A DNA stretch of 64,000 nt from Myxococcota bacterium (GTDB taxonomy: Bacteria; Myxococcota; UBA727; VGSZ01): positions 668 through 64,667 of the forward strand of contig JBIKRQ010000003.1 of NCBI GenBank assembly GCA_044349155.1. The letters are read 5' to 3'. The position numbers and the translations under genes were made by a program. Positions 36,927 to 46,200 of the stretch are shown here, piece after piece. The notes beneath the pieces are model-generated. The model was not told where the DNA came from. It saw nothing but the letters and a program-made list of their open reading frames with translations, and ran no database searches. Within the stretch, counting starts at the first letter, position 1, and each line of letters begins with the position of its first letter.

Positions 36927-37808
36927 ATGCGCGTGAGCGAACGAGCCATCTACGACGCCGGTCGCGATCGAATGGCCGCGCGCCGTTCCGACCTCGCCAC
37001 GGCCACCGAGCAAGCGTCGTCGGGGCTGCGCGTCACGCGTGCCGCCGACGATCCCCGCGCCGCCGCCCTGATGGTGCGCCACGAAGGCGTGCGCTCGCGC
37101 GCGAACGCGATTGCCGAGACCACGGGCAGCGCCCTCGACGACCTCAACTTCGTCGACGGCGCGCTGGGCGATGCGAGTGCGGTGCTCGAGCAGGCGGTGC
37201 AATTGGCCGTGCAGATGAGCAACGACACCTACAGCGGCAGCGACCGCACAGCAGCGGCCACCACGGCCGACCAGCTGCTTAAGGCGTTTGTCGGTGCGTT
37301 GAACGTGCAGAGCGACGGGCGCTTTTTGCTCGCCGGCACACGCGACAACGCACCACCGTTTTCCGAGGCCGGCGTGTACAGCGGCGACGACGGTGTTCGG
37401 CAGGTGGAACTCGCACCAGGCATCGTCGAGCAGGTCTCGGTCCGTGCCGATACCGGCATCGCAGGCACCGCCGGCGGCACCAACATTCCAGCGGCGTTTG
37501 CGGCGTTGCGAGATGCGTTGGCGGCGAACGACACCACGGCGATCCGCGCCAGCATTCAGGGGCTCAACAGCAGTGTGGTGCAGTTGTCGACGGTGCGAGG
37601 CGATGTGGGCGCGCGCGCGTTGACGGTGCAGACCGCCCGCGCAACGGCCATCGGTGTGCGCGAGCAGAGTGTGTTGGCCAGTGCTCACGAAAGCGAAATC
37701 GACATCACCGACGCCGCCACGTCGTTGGCCCTCGCCGAGCGCGCCTTCGAAGCCGCCACCACCGCAACGTCGCGCAGCTTCAAGCTCACGCTGCTCAACG
37801 AGATGTGA
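36927..37808 (+). CDS. flgL: flagellar hook-associated protein 3 FlgL (flagellin-fold)
   Basis: ATG at 36927 (MRVSERAIYD...SSGLRVTRAADDP). Flagellin-like N- and C-terminal helices. Follows flgK. Confidence 0.8.
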   Translation: MRVSERAIYDAGRDRMAARRSDLATATEQASSGLRVTRAADDPRAAALMVRHEGVRSRANAIAETTGSALDDLNFVDGALGDASAVLEQAVQLAVQMSNDTYSGSDRTAAATTADQLLKAFVGALNVQSDGRFLLAGTRDNAPPFSEAGVYSGDDGVRQVELAPGIVEQVSVRADTGIAGTAGGTNIPAAFAALRDALAANDTTAIRASIQGLNSSVVQLSTVRGDVGARALTVQTARATAIGVREQSVLASAHESEIDITDAATSLALAERAFEAATTATSRSFKLTLLNEM

Positions 37809-37834
37809 CGACGCAGGCCGGCACCCGCTGACGG

Positions 37835-38749
37835 CTACTCAGGCAAACCCGACACCGGTTGCGCGAGAAACGTTGCGGCACGCCAAAACGGGTCCGCACC
37901 GCTCATGACGACCTCGGCGCTGTCGAGCGTCGGCACCGCGGGCTGCAGCGCCGCCAACGTCGCGAGCACGTCGACGCAGTCGCCCGGTGTGCTGGTCGTG
38001 CAGCCAACGTCAGCAAGGCCGAGCACGTCGTCGGCCGCGGTGCTGATGACCGACACGCGCACGCTGCCGCCCGATGCGGTGAGCACCTTGCCCATCGCGG
38101 TGAACATGGTGTCCTCGTCGGGGGCAGCGCTGCGGATACGCTGCAGTTCGTCGGCGGCGCAGGCGTTGCCGGGCACGAGCGCCACACTTGCCCCCAGCCA
38201 GAACGCCGCCGACACCGAGAACACGAAGCTGTCGTTGGCCGCGGCGCTGTCGACGTCGGGGCCGCGCACAAAGGGGTACATCGTCCACATCGGCGCGAGC
38301 CGGAAGGTCTCGGTGCCAAACGTGACCGCCCCAGCGCGCGCCTCGGCCACGCGGGCCGTGCTCCACGCCTCGGCGGTCTCGAGATCCAGCAGGGTGCGGG
38401 CGTCGATCCCGGTGACGACGAGGCTGCCGTCGTCGAAGACGCGCGCCCCGAACGAACTCGTGCAGCGCGTGCAGGCATTGGCGAAGTCGAGTTGCGCATC
38501 GGGGGCCGCGGCGGCGAACACCACGTCGGGCAGCGCCACGTTGTCGCGCACGCCAGCGCCGAACACCACTGGCACGGCCGCTACCCGGGTCACCTCCACC
38601 ACTGCAGGCGCCTCAGTGCCCGTGCCGCAGTCGGCGACCGCAAAGCCGCTGTCGGAGGTTCCTGCGTCGTCTGTCGCGTCTTGTGGGCCGCTACAGGCCG
38701 TCAGCGGGGCAAGCATGAGCGCGAGGGCAGCGGGTCGAAGCATGGCCAT
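37835..38749 (-). CDS. hypothetical lipoprotein
   Basis: 304 aa. MAMLRPAALALMLAPLTAC lipobox. No recognised domain. Confidence 0.6.
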   Translation of the reverse strand: MAMLRPAALALMLAPLTACSGPQDATDDAGTSDSGFAVADCGTGTEAPAVVEVTRVAAVPVVFGAGVRDNVALPDVVFAAAAPDAQLDFANACTRCTSSFGARVFDDGSLVVTGIDARTLLDLETAEAWSTARVAEARAGAVTFGTETFRLAPMWTMYPFVRGPDVDSAAANDSFVFSVSAAFWLGASVALVPGNACAADELQRIRSAAPDEDTMFTAMGKVLTASGGSVRVSVISTAADDVLGLADVGCTTSTPGDCVDVLATLAALQPAVPTLDSAEVVMSGADPFWRAATFLAQPVSGLPE

Positions 38750-38784
38750 GGTTTCGGCTTCTCCGCGGTGGTCTTCACGCCAGA

Positions 38785-39321
38785 TCAGCTGCTGGCGAGC
38801 ATTCGCTCGAAGATGCCGATGACGCCGGTGTGCTTGCCGATCACCTGCGCCAGCTTGTTACCGACGATGGCGTACTGCTCGAGCGTAAATCCCGTCGTGG
38901 CCGTCGGCGTTGCCGTGAAGTCGAGGGGTCCACGCACGCGCGCGCTGCTCTCGCGCAGGCCCAGGGCATCGATGCTGTCGGCGACGAAGAAGGCGCGGTG
39001 GTCGTTGGCGGCGGTCACGTACAGCACCGAGCCCGTCGCGTTTTTGATGAGCAGCGTGCCCTCGTGGGGCGCGCTCAGGTCGAGGGCACTCTGCGCGGCG
39101 GCGGGCATCGAGGTGCCCAGAAGCGCAAAGGGCGTGAACTCCACCAGCGACCGCTTTTGTCGACGGAGATTGGCTTCGAACGCCTGCAGGTGGGCTGCCA
39201 CAAGGGCCGCTTGTTGCGCCGCAGGCAGGGCAGCGAAATCAAAGACGAAGGCCTCGGCGTCGCCGCACACGTTGAAGATGGCGACCTGGTTTTGAAACGG
39301 CAGAAGCGAAGCGTGCAGCAT
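38785..39321 (-). CDS. hypothetical 178-aa protein downstream of the retron RT
   Basis: Clean ORF with typical codon usage, 194 nt downstream of the RT stop on the same strand. No recognised domain. Confidence 0.55.
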   Translation of the reverse strand: MLHASLLPFQNQVAIFNVCGDAEAFVFDFAALPAAQQAALVAAHLQAFEANLRRQKRSLVEFTPFALLGTSMPAAAQSALDLSAPHEGTLLIKNATGSVLYVTAANDHRAFFVADSIDALGLRESSARVRGPLDFTATPTATTGFTLEQYAIVGNKLAQVIGKHTGVIGIFERMLASS

Positions 39322-39514
39322 GACGGCGTCCTCGAAGAGACGGTCCGTCTACAGCTTCGACGTCGTCATGGGTGTGCGCAAGATCGCAGCAGCGGCACAA
39401 CGGTTGGTCGTGCCGAACGCGCTGTCGTGTTGATTGGCGGGGATGTTCCCCGCCCTCAAAAGCCACCTCGGCGACGAAACCGCAAAGCCGGTTTCCTCTT
39501 CGAGGTTCGTGGCG

Positions 39515-40960
39515 CTACTCGCCGAGGGTGGCCAGTTCAGCGAGGAAGCGTTGCCCCTTCACGGGGTCGCTTTGGTAGATGAACGACGCCAGACCGCGCA
39601 GCTGCGCCAACGACTCGCCCTCTTTGCCGGGCTTGCCACGACGACGGTTGTTGATCGCCGCTCGCAACGTACGAGCCACTTCCCGCGGCGGACGCGTCGC
39701 TGCCGAAGTACTCCCATCGGGGCGCTTGTTGATGACGAGGCCCGTGACGACCTGGCGCGTGCCACCACCCATCACAGTGGTCTTCTTGTCGTTGAGGACG
39801 AAGCCCTCGTTGCCAAGGATGCTCTTCACCCCGTGCAGCAGCACACCAACGGGTGCTTTCGGCCCGCGGAAGCTGAAGGCGAGGTCGTCGGCGTAGCGCG
39901 TGTACGTGAAGCCGTGACGACGTGCCAAACCCGCCATGCGCTTGTCGAGACGCACGCAAATCGCGTTGGTGATCATGGGCGACGCGGGTGAGCCCTGCGG
40001 CAACGCGCGCGGCCCCGTGGCCACAAACAGCGTGTCCATCGTGCCGGGCGTGCGGCTGAATTCGACGACGTCACGGGGGCTCTCGGTGCACAACAGCGCC
40101 ACCACGGTGGCGACCTGCTCGGTGAGGCCAGCGTGACGCAACAAGCCCTTCACGCGCGGAAACGTGATGCTCGGAAAGAAGTCTTTGATGTCGACTTTGA
40201 CGACGACATCAGCCCCCGCGTGCACGAGCGCGTTGGTCTGAATGCTGCGGTTGGGCAAAAAGCCGTGGGCCGCGTTGTGCACCGTCAAACGGTCGAGCAG
40301 GCGATCGAGCACCTCGCGCTGCACCCGCTTGAGCTCGGGCTTGGGCGCTGTGATTTGACGAGGAGAACCATCGCGCTTCGGGATGGTGAACCGCACGTAG
40401 TGCGAGCCGGTGTCGACGTCGGCGTGGTAGGCGAGCCAGCGCAACCGCGACACGCTCACGCCCAACGCCTTGGCCAATTCGACGGGCGAATTCCACGCGG
40501 GCAGACCAAGGTCTTTCGCGCGTTCTTCGCGACGTTCAATATCGAACGCGTCGATGTTGACATGGTCGTTGTAAAACACACCAGAACCCAGATGATTCAG
40601 GTGCGTTGCCGTATAGGCCTGCCACGCCAACTTCTGCAGTTTGCGTGTCTCTGAAGCCTCGGCCTTCTTGCGGTCTTTGTAGGTCTTCTTCTGCGCGTCG
40701 GTCAGCGTGGCCGGGTCGTCGGCGACGTACAGGCCAGCCTTCACCAGCTCGGCCTGGATCCACTTTTTGGTGCCGCCGGCTTCGTCGATCGCGGCCTGGC
40801 GGGCCACGTGAACGGCACGAGCCGCAGCGGCTTTGTCGCGCTCTTGCTGAGCCAACGTCGCGAGCGCTGGGGTCAAGGCCGGCTCGACCGCGATGGTGTC
40901 GGTCGTAGCGGCACGCGCCCGGGGAAGATCGGCGCGAAGGAGGGTGTCGTTGGGCTGCAT
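39515..40960 (-). CDS. retron-type reverse transcriptase with ~190-aa N-terminal extension
   Basis: RFTIPKRDGSPRQITAPK, VKVDIKDFFPSI, LPQGSPASPMITN, YTRYADDLAFSF (YADD) and RQVVTGLVINKR (retron VTG motif). ATG at 40960 is preceded by AGGAG (40969-40973). The track start at 41020 is a GTG inside the a1 repeat. Confidence 0.88.
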   Translation of the reverse strand: MQPNDTLLRADLPRARAATTDTIAVEPALTPALATLAQQERDKAAAARAVHVARQAAIDEAGGTKKWIQAELVKAGLYVADDPATLTDAQKKTYKDRKKAEASETRKLQKLAWQAYTATHLNHLGSGVFYNDHVNIDAFDIERREERAKDLGLPAWNSPVELAKALGVSVSRLRWLAYHADVDTGSHYVRFTIPKRDGSPRQITAPKPELKRVQREVLDRLLDRLTVHNAAHGFLPNRSIQTNALVHAGADVVVKVDIKDFFPSITFPRVKGLLRHAGLTEQVATVVALLCTESPRDVVEFSRTPGTMDTLFVATGPRALPQGSPASPMITNAICVRLDKRMAGLARRHGFTYTRYADDLAFSFRGPKAPVGVLLHGVKSILGNEGFVLNDKKTTVMGGGTRQVVTGLVINKRPDGSTSAATRPPREVARTLRAAINNRRRGKPGKEGESLAQLRGLASFIYQSDPVKGQRFLAELATLGE

Positions 40961-41003
40961 TCGGCGGACTCCTGGACTCTCACTCACCGGGCACAAGGGT
41001 GGC

Positions 41004-41387
41004 GAAAGGAGCAGGCTCACACGGTGCTTCTGATTCGATGACGACGTGGCAGGTCGGTAAGTCTCGGACAGGGATGGCGCAGATCACCATCATTCATGGG
41101 GCATCGGATGCCTCACCGGCTCGCCGGGGGAGAGCACTACGGAGTGCTTCCCTCCACGGCGGTCGGCGTCGTGGGCTCAGCGAGGGAAGCACTCCGTAGT
41201 GCTCTCCCCCGAAGCGAGCCAAGAACAGGCATCCTTGCGGAGGATGTCAGGCGAAGTTCCAGATCGACGCAACATCGATCGTGTGCGCGAGGCACAACGG
41301 CTGAGCCGCAAACCATCCCTGACCGATTCCTACCCAAGCTGTTCGGACGTCATCGGTATTGAAGCGTCGTGTGAGCGTGCTCCTTTC
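41004..41387 (-). ncRNA. candidate retron msr/msd non-coding RNA locus
   Basis: A 19/20-nt inverted repeat (41004-41023 against 41368-41387) brackets the region. Inside is a perfect 29-bp stem (41126-41154 / 41182-41210, 27-nt loop), extended by 41118-41124/41214-41220 and 41106-41112/41228-41234. It lies immediately upstream of the RT on the same strand. Confidence 0.75.
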
Positions 41388-41428
41388 TCATCCATCTGCG
41401 AACCGGCTCCTCACATGAGCATGGTTCG

Positions 41429-43270
41429 TCAACCCAGCGAGCGATCGGCGTCGAGAAAGCCATCTTTCATCAACACGTCCAGCCGCTGGAAATAAGCATC
41501 GCGCGCTTCGGAATCGGTGTCAAACCAGATCCGCGAGTGTCTCGCCTGTTCAAGGGCCAAACCCCACTCCAAACGCACAATTTTGTCGTCGAGTGAGACG
41601 CGCATCACAGTTTGCTTGCCCGTGGCCTGGTCGCGACGCAGCAGCGTGCGCGTTTCGGCGCGAACCAGCTGGCGACCTTCGGGGCTGTTGCGGCGTTCTT
41701 CGTCGAGCACACGCTGACGACCGAAGGCCACACGCAAGGCGATCATGTGCGCGCACGGACCCTCGCGCATGCCGGTACGACGGTAGTGCGGGCAGCTGCA
41801 CCAGGCGTCGGAGACACGGCCCTCGACGTCGGTGGTGAAGCGCGGGGCGTAGACGCGGTCGGCGGTTTTGTCTTTGACCTCGCCCACCACGTCGATGCCG
41901 TCGTGGCCGCGGTCGTGCAGCTTGGTGACGTTGACCGCGCCCTTCACCGACAACAGCCGGTGCGCTTCGCGCTCGCGCTCGCTGCCAAAGGCGGTGACCT
42001 CGTCGTCGACGGCGACGCCGAAGATGCTGCGCGGACGGTACACGCCATCGGCGATGTCGAAGGCCACCTGCCCGCGCAAACACAGGCGCTGCAGGCCACC
42101 GCGCACGTCGACGACGGGCTTCTTTGTCTTTGCCACCAACGCTTCGAGCGTTTGTGGGCCGTCGGTGTTCAGCGTTTTCTCAAGGGCGCTCAACAACGTG
42201 GCGTCGTTGCTGGAAGGCATGAGCGCGTCGAAGGCGACGGCACTGGCCCAGCTCGATTCGGTCCAGCCCGACAAGCCCAACGTGAGCGTGGCGTTCTCCA
42301 TCTCGACGACGAAGAAGCTCGGCAGGCCTGCACCCAACACGTGCACGTGCACCGCCTTCGCCCACGGCAGCAGACGCTGCAGCAGGGCCAAACGGTTGCG
42401 GCCAAACAAGCGCGCCACACGGGGAGCAGCGCCGGCGAACACGGGGCCGTGGGTCTCGAGCACGACTTCCCAGGGCTCGATGACGACGCGGGGTTTCTCG
42501 CCGGGGATGAGCTCGAAGCGCAGGCCGCGCGGCGGGTTCTTCGCCTTCTTCAAGCGCAGCTGCAGCAGCACGTTGTAGAGGTCGATGGGCGCCAGCGTGC
42601 ACACCGTCGACGGCAACGTGGCCGCCGACTGCACCTGCAGGAATCCACGCAGCCACGCGTTGGGCACATCGAAGCGCGCCTCGCGCACCTCGGTGTTTTC
42701 GGCACTGCGGGCCTCGAGGCGCAGCGGGCGGTAGGCGGGGATGCTCTCGACGTCGCCGAGGACGTGCTTGCCCAGCTCGACGAAGGTGCTGCCGTGGTTG
42801 ACGCTGCGCTCGCTCAACGCAGCATTCTTGATGGCCAGGCGGGCCCAGGCGCTCTCGTCTTTCGAGAAGACTTCGATGCTGACCTCGTCGGGGTGCACCG
42901 TGAGCAGCGGGTCGAGTTCGCGGGTGCTGACGGCGGCCTTGAAGCTTTCTTCGAGGAACGTCTTCTGCGCGTCCCAGATCGCGGCGGTCGCCTTCTTGCC
43001 CTTCTTCATCAAGAACGCGAGGTAGGCGGCGCGGTCACGGCCCTTGTAGCGCAGGTCGCTGTCTTTGATGGCCAACGTCGTCGCCAGCGCGTCGCGAAAC
43101 AGCGCGACGTTGTTGATGGCGGCGAAGAGGCCCACCTTGCTGTCGCGCTGAGCAACAGCGAGCCCGAGCGTGGTGCCGGCTTCAGACGAGGCGGTGTGCG
43201 AACGGCGCGCGTAGCGGACGTCGACGGTGCGGACGTTGCTCGTCGTCGTTTGTGCTTGTGTGCTGGTCAT
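41429..43270 (-). CDS. SWIM zinc-finger protein (YehQ-like architecture)
   Basis: 613 aa. C-terminal CSCPHYRRTGMREGPCAHMIAL matches the CxCx(n)CxH SWIM motif. Its start overlaps the stop of the giant upstream gene (ATGA). Confidence 0.8.
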   Translation of the reverse strand: MTSTQAQTTTSNVRTVDVRYARRSHTASSEAGTTLGLAVAQRDSKVGLFAAINNVALFRDALATTLAIKDSDLRYKGRDRAAYLAFLMKKGKKATAAIWDAQKTFLEESFKAAVSTRELDPLLTVHPDEVSIEVFSKDESAWARLAIKNAALSERSVNHGSTFVELGKHVLGDVESIPAYRPLRLEARSAENTEVREARFDVPNAWLRGFLQVQSAATLPSTVCTLAPIDLYNVLLQLRLKKAKNPPRGLRFELIPGEKPRVVIEPWEVVLETHGPVFAGAAPRVARLFGRNRLALLQRLLPWAKAVHVHVLGAGLPSFFVVEMENATLTLGLSGWTESSWASAVAFDALMPSSNDATLLSALEKTLNTDGPQTLEALVAKTKKPVVDVRGGLQRLCLRGQVAFDIADGVYRPRSIFGVAVDDEVTAFGSEREREAHRLLSVKGAVNVTKLHDRGHDGIDVVGEVKDKTADRVYAPRFTTDVEGRVSDAWCSCPHYRRTGMREGPCAHMIALRVAFGRQRVLDEERRNSPEGRQLVRAETRTLLRRDQATGKQTVMRVSLDDKIVRLEWGLALEQARHSRIWFDTDSEARDAYFQRLDVLMKDGFLDADRSLG

Positions 43271-46200
43271 TTCGTCACCTCGACGCCTTTGCTCTGTTCA
43301 CCGACGCGGCCGCTCCACGAGGGCAGCGCTGTGTCGGGGTGCGATCGCCGCTCGTGGGCCGCGTGCAGGCGCTCCTGACGACGAAGCGCGCGGTAGGCGG
43401 CCTTTCTGGCGGCGGCATCGATCGACTTGTCGCGCGCGAGTTCGCTGAGGCGTTCGCGGGCACTGTCGTCGTCGACACGGGCCAGGGCGTTGATCGCCGT
43501 GGCTTTCGTTGCGGCCTGCTTCGTGGCGGCAATCATCGCCTCGGCATCGCCGATGAGCTTTTGCACGCCAAGCACCGCGGTGTTGTCGTCGGCGAGCAAG
43601 GCAGCATCAGCGGGCGCCATCGACGACAACCGCAGCGGATCGAAGGCCACCGCCGCCTTCGCTGTCTGCCATGGTGTCGATGACAACTTCGCCACTGCGC
43701 GGGCCGCCGCAGCACGGCACACGAGGCTGCTGTCGCGCAGACGCGACACCAAACGCGGCAGGTCGGCGGTGCTGCCGCCTGTGCCCAACACTTCGATGAG
43801 CGTGGCGCGCAGCGTGGCGTTGGTGGTGGCATCGAGCCGTGAACGCGCGAGGTCGGCGGCGCGCGCGGTGTCGATGTGCACCAGGGCGGCGACGACGGCG
43901 TTTTGCACGGTCGGCTCGTCGACGAGACGCAGCTCGGCGGCGACCAACGCATCCGCCAACACCACGCGGTCAGCGCCATTCGCCTTGCGTGCCGCGACGA
44001 TGGCGGCAGCCTCGGCCACCGCACTCGCCTTCGTGCTCGAGAGCACAGACACGAGGGCCGAAGCGGGCACCGTGTCGCGCGCAATCAAGCCCAGACGCAG
44101 GCGCGTGCGCAGCTCGCTGTCGTCGATGGTGACAAGGCGCGGCAACAGCGCTTCGACACTGCCTTCGGCGGCGAGGAAGTTGGCGGCTTCGAGCTTTTCG
44201 TCGTCGTCGTCGCTCTTGTCGAGCACGTGCAGCGCAACGCGGGTCTTGTCGTCGGGGAAGAGCTTCTTGAGGGCCTTGGTCGCGGCCCCGCGGATGTCGT
44301 CGTCCCAGTTCGACAGGCACTCAGCGATGGCGGCTTCGGCTTCAACGGCACCGAGGGCGGCGAGGGCTTCGCAGGCCTCGACGATGACGGTGTCGTTGCG
44401 GTCTTCGTGCACACCGCGCACAAGCAACTGCTTGCTGCGTTCATCGCCAATGGCACGCAGACCGCGCACCGCGCGCCAGGCCACCTGGTCGTCGCTGTCG
44501 TCGATGGCGGTTTCCAGGCGCTCAAAGATGCGCGTGCGCGCTGGCGCATCGGTGAGGTGGTTGTGCAAGCGGCCGAGGCCTTCGAGGGCTGCCTGCTGCA
44601 ACGCCTTCTCGGAAGGCACTTCGGCGGTACCGCCGTCGGCGACGAGCTCGAGTTCCGGCAGCGCGCGCGGATCGCCGAGACGACCAAGGGCCACCAGAGC
44701 TGTCGCGCGGTCGGCTTCTTCCTCGGCCGCACGGCTCACGAGCAACAACGGCACGAGGCACAGGTCGGCGACGGCGGGTCCCTTGACCCACGCCAGCCCC
44801 TCGGCTGCCGAGAGCACCAGCTCACGCGAACCGCGGGTGACGACGTCGACGAGGGGGCCTGTGGGGCTGTCGGTCTTGCGGCAGCGTTCGGCGTAGGCAG
44901 CGACCGCAGCCTTGCGCACGTCGACTTCGCGATCGCTGAAGAGTGCAACCACAGCGTCGTCGGCCACGCTGCCCTTGCCCGAAGCCGACAACTCGGCGGC
45001 GGCCTTGGCGCGCAGCTCGGCGTCAGGCGACGCACACACGATCGAGAAGAAGCGGGCGGCTCTGGCGTCGTCGCGCTTCTTCTTTTTGCCGGTCAGCGTT
45101 TTGCCGGTGTCGTACGCCTCGGTGCGCACGCCGGCGTCGGCGTGCTTGGTGAGCTTGCCCAGGGCATCGAGCACGGCATTCACGTCGTCGACGTGGGCGG
45201 GGATTGCCTTGCCGTCTTTGCCCGTGCGGTCGTCGCACACGGTGCTCAAGGCACCACACAATCCCGGCAGGTCGCGGGCGGTGGTGTCGGCGGCGATGTT
45301 CAACAACGCGGCGGCAGCAGCGCGCGTGCCCAGCGTGGCCAGGGCGTTTCTGGCGCGGCCGATCACCTTGTCGTCGTCGCCGACCGTGAGGCCCACCAGC
45401 GCGTCGAGGGCGCGGGCGTCGCTGCGACCAGCGAGAATCTCCGCGGCGCGCAGCACGAGCCCTTTGTGCTCGCTGTCGAGGGCGGCCACGAGGGCGTCAC
45501 CCACCGAGGCGTCGTCGCGCTTCTTGCTGAGCTGCTCGAGCACCGACAACCGCAGGTCGTCGTGTTCGCTCTTGAGCGCCAAAACCAGGTGCGAAATCGA
45601 GCCCTTGGCGGCGCGGCGTTCCAGCGTTTCGAACGCCAGTTTTCTCACTTCCGCAATGGGCGAATTGACCGCGCGTTCGACCTGGGCCGACACACCGCGC
45701 TCGGCGAGCTCGTCCAACGCCAGGCGGGCCACGTCTTCGGCGCGGGCCATCAGGGCCAGGCCGAGGGCGTCGTCGATGCCACCGCTGGTTTTCTCGAACA
45801 GCTTCTTCAAGCCGCCCAGCGATGCCTTGCGCACGAGGTGCTGACCGTCGTCGAGGGCGCGCATCAGGGCCGGGATGGCCGCTTCGCGACCAAGGCCAGC
45901 GCCACCTTCAGCCGCCAGCGTGACGATGCGTTCGACGGCGTCACGGCGCACACGCTGCCCATCGTCGCCGGTGGTCTGCTGGCGCAGCAGGCCGACGTAG
46001 GCGCCGAAGGCCAACTGCTTGAGGCGGGCGGCTTCTTCGGCCGACACCGGCGGTGTCGTCGACGTGGTCGAGGTGGTGGGTTCGCTGGACGACGAGAACA
46101 CGCGACGCAAGAAGCCGCGCACGCGGGCCACGGGAGCGATGTCGTCGACACTGCTGGTGGGACGCGGGCGGTTGTCGGGCGTGTGCGGTGACGACGTGGA

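Noticed and set aside
41018-41020. GTG at 41020 as the RT start codon (track start).
   Set aside because: It lies inside the a1 inverted repeat of the ncRNA and has no SD. The ATG at 40960 has AGGAG 8 nt upstream and gives an RT of a size typical for long myxobacterial retron RTs.
40999-41362. Three small ORFs (40999-41199 +, 41096-41362 +, 41137-41337 -) sharing ..LRSASL..EGSTP.
   Set aside because: The shared peptide comes from the two arms of the 29-bp perfect palindrome. The region is better explained as the retron msd hairpin.
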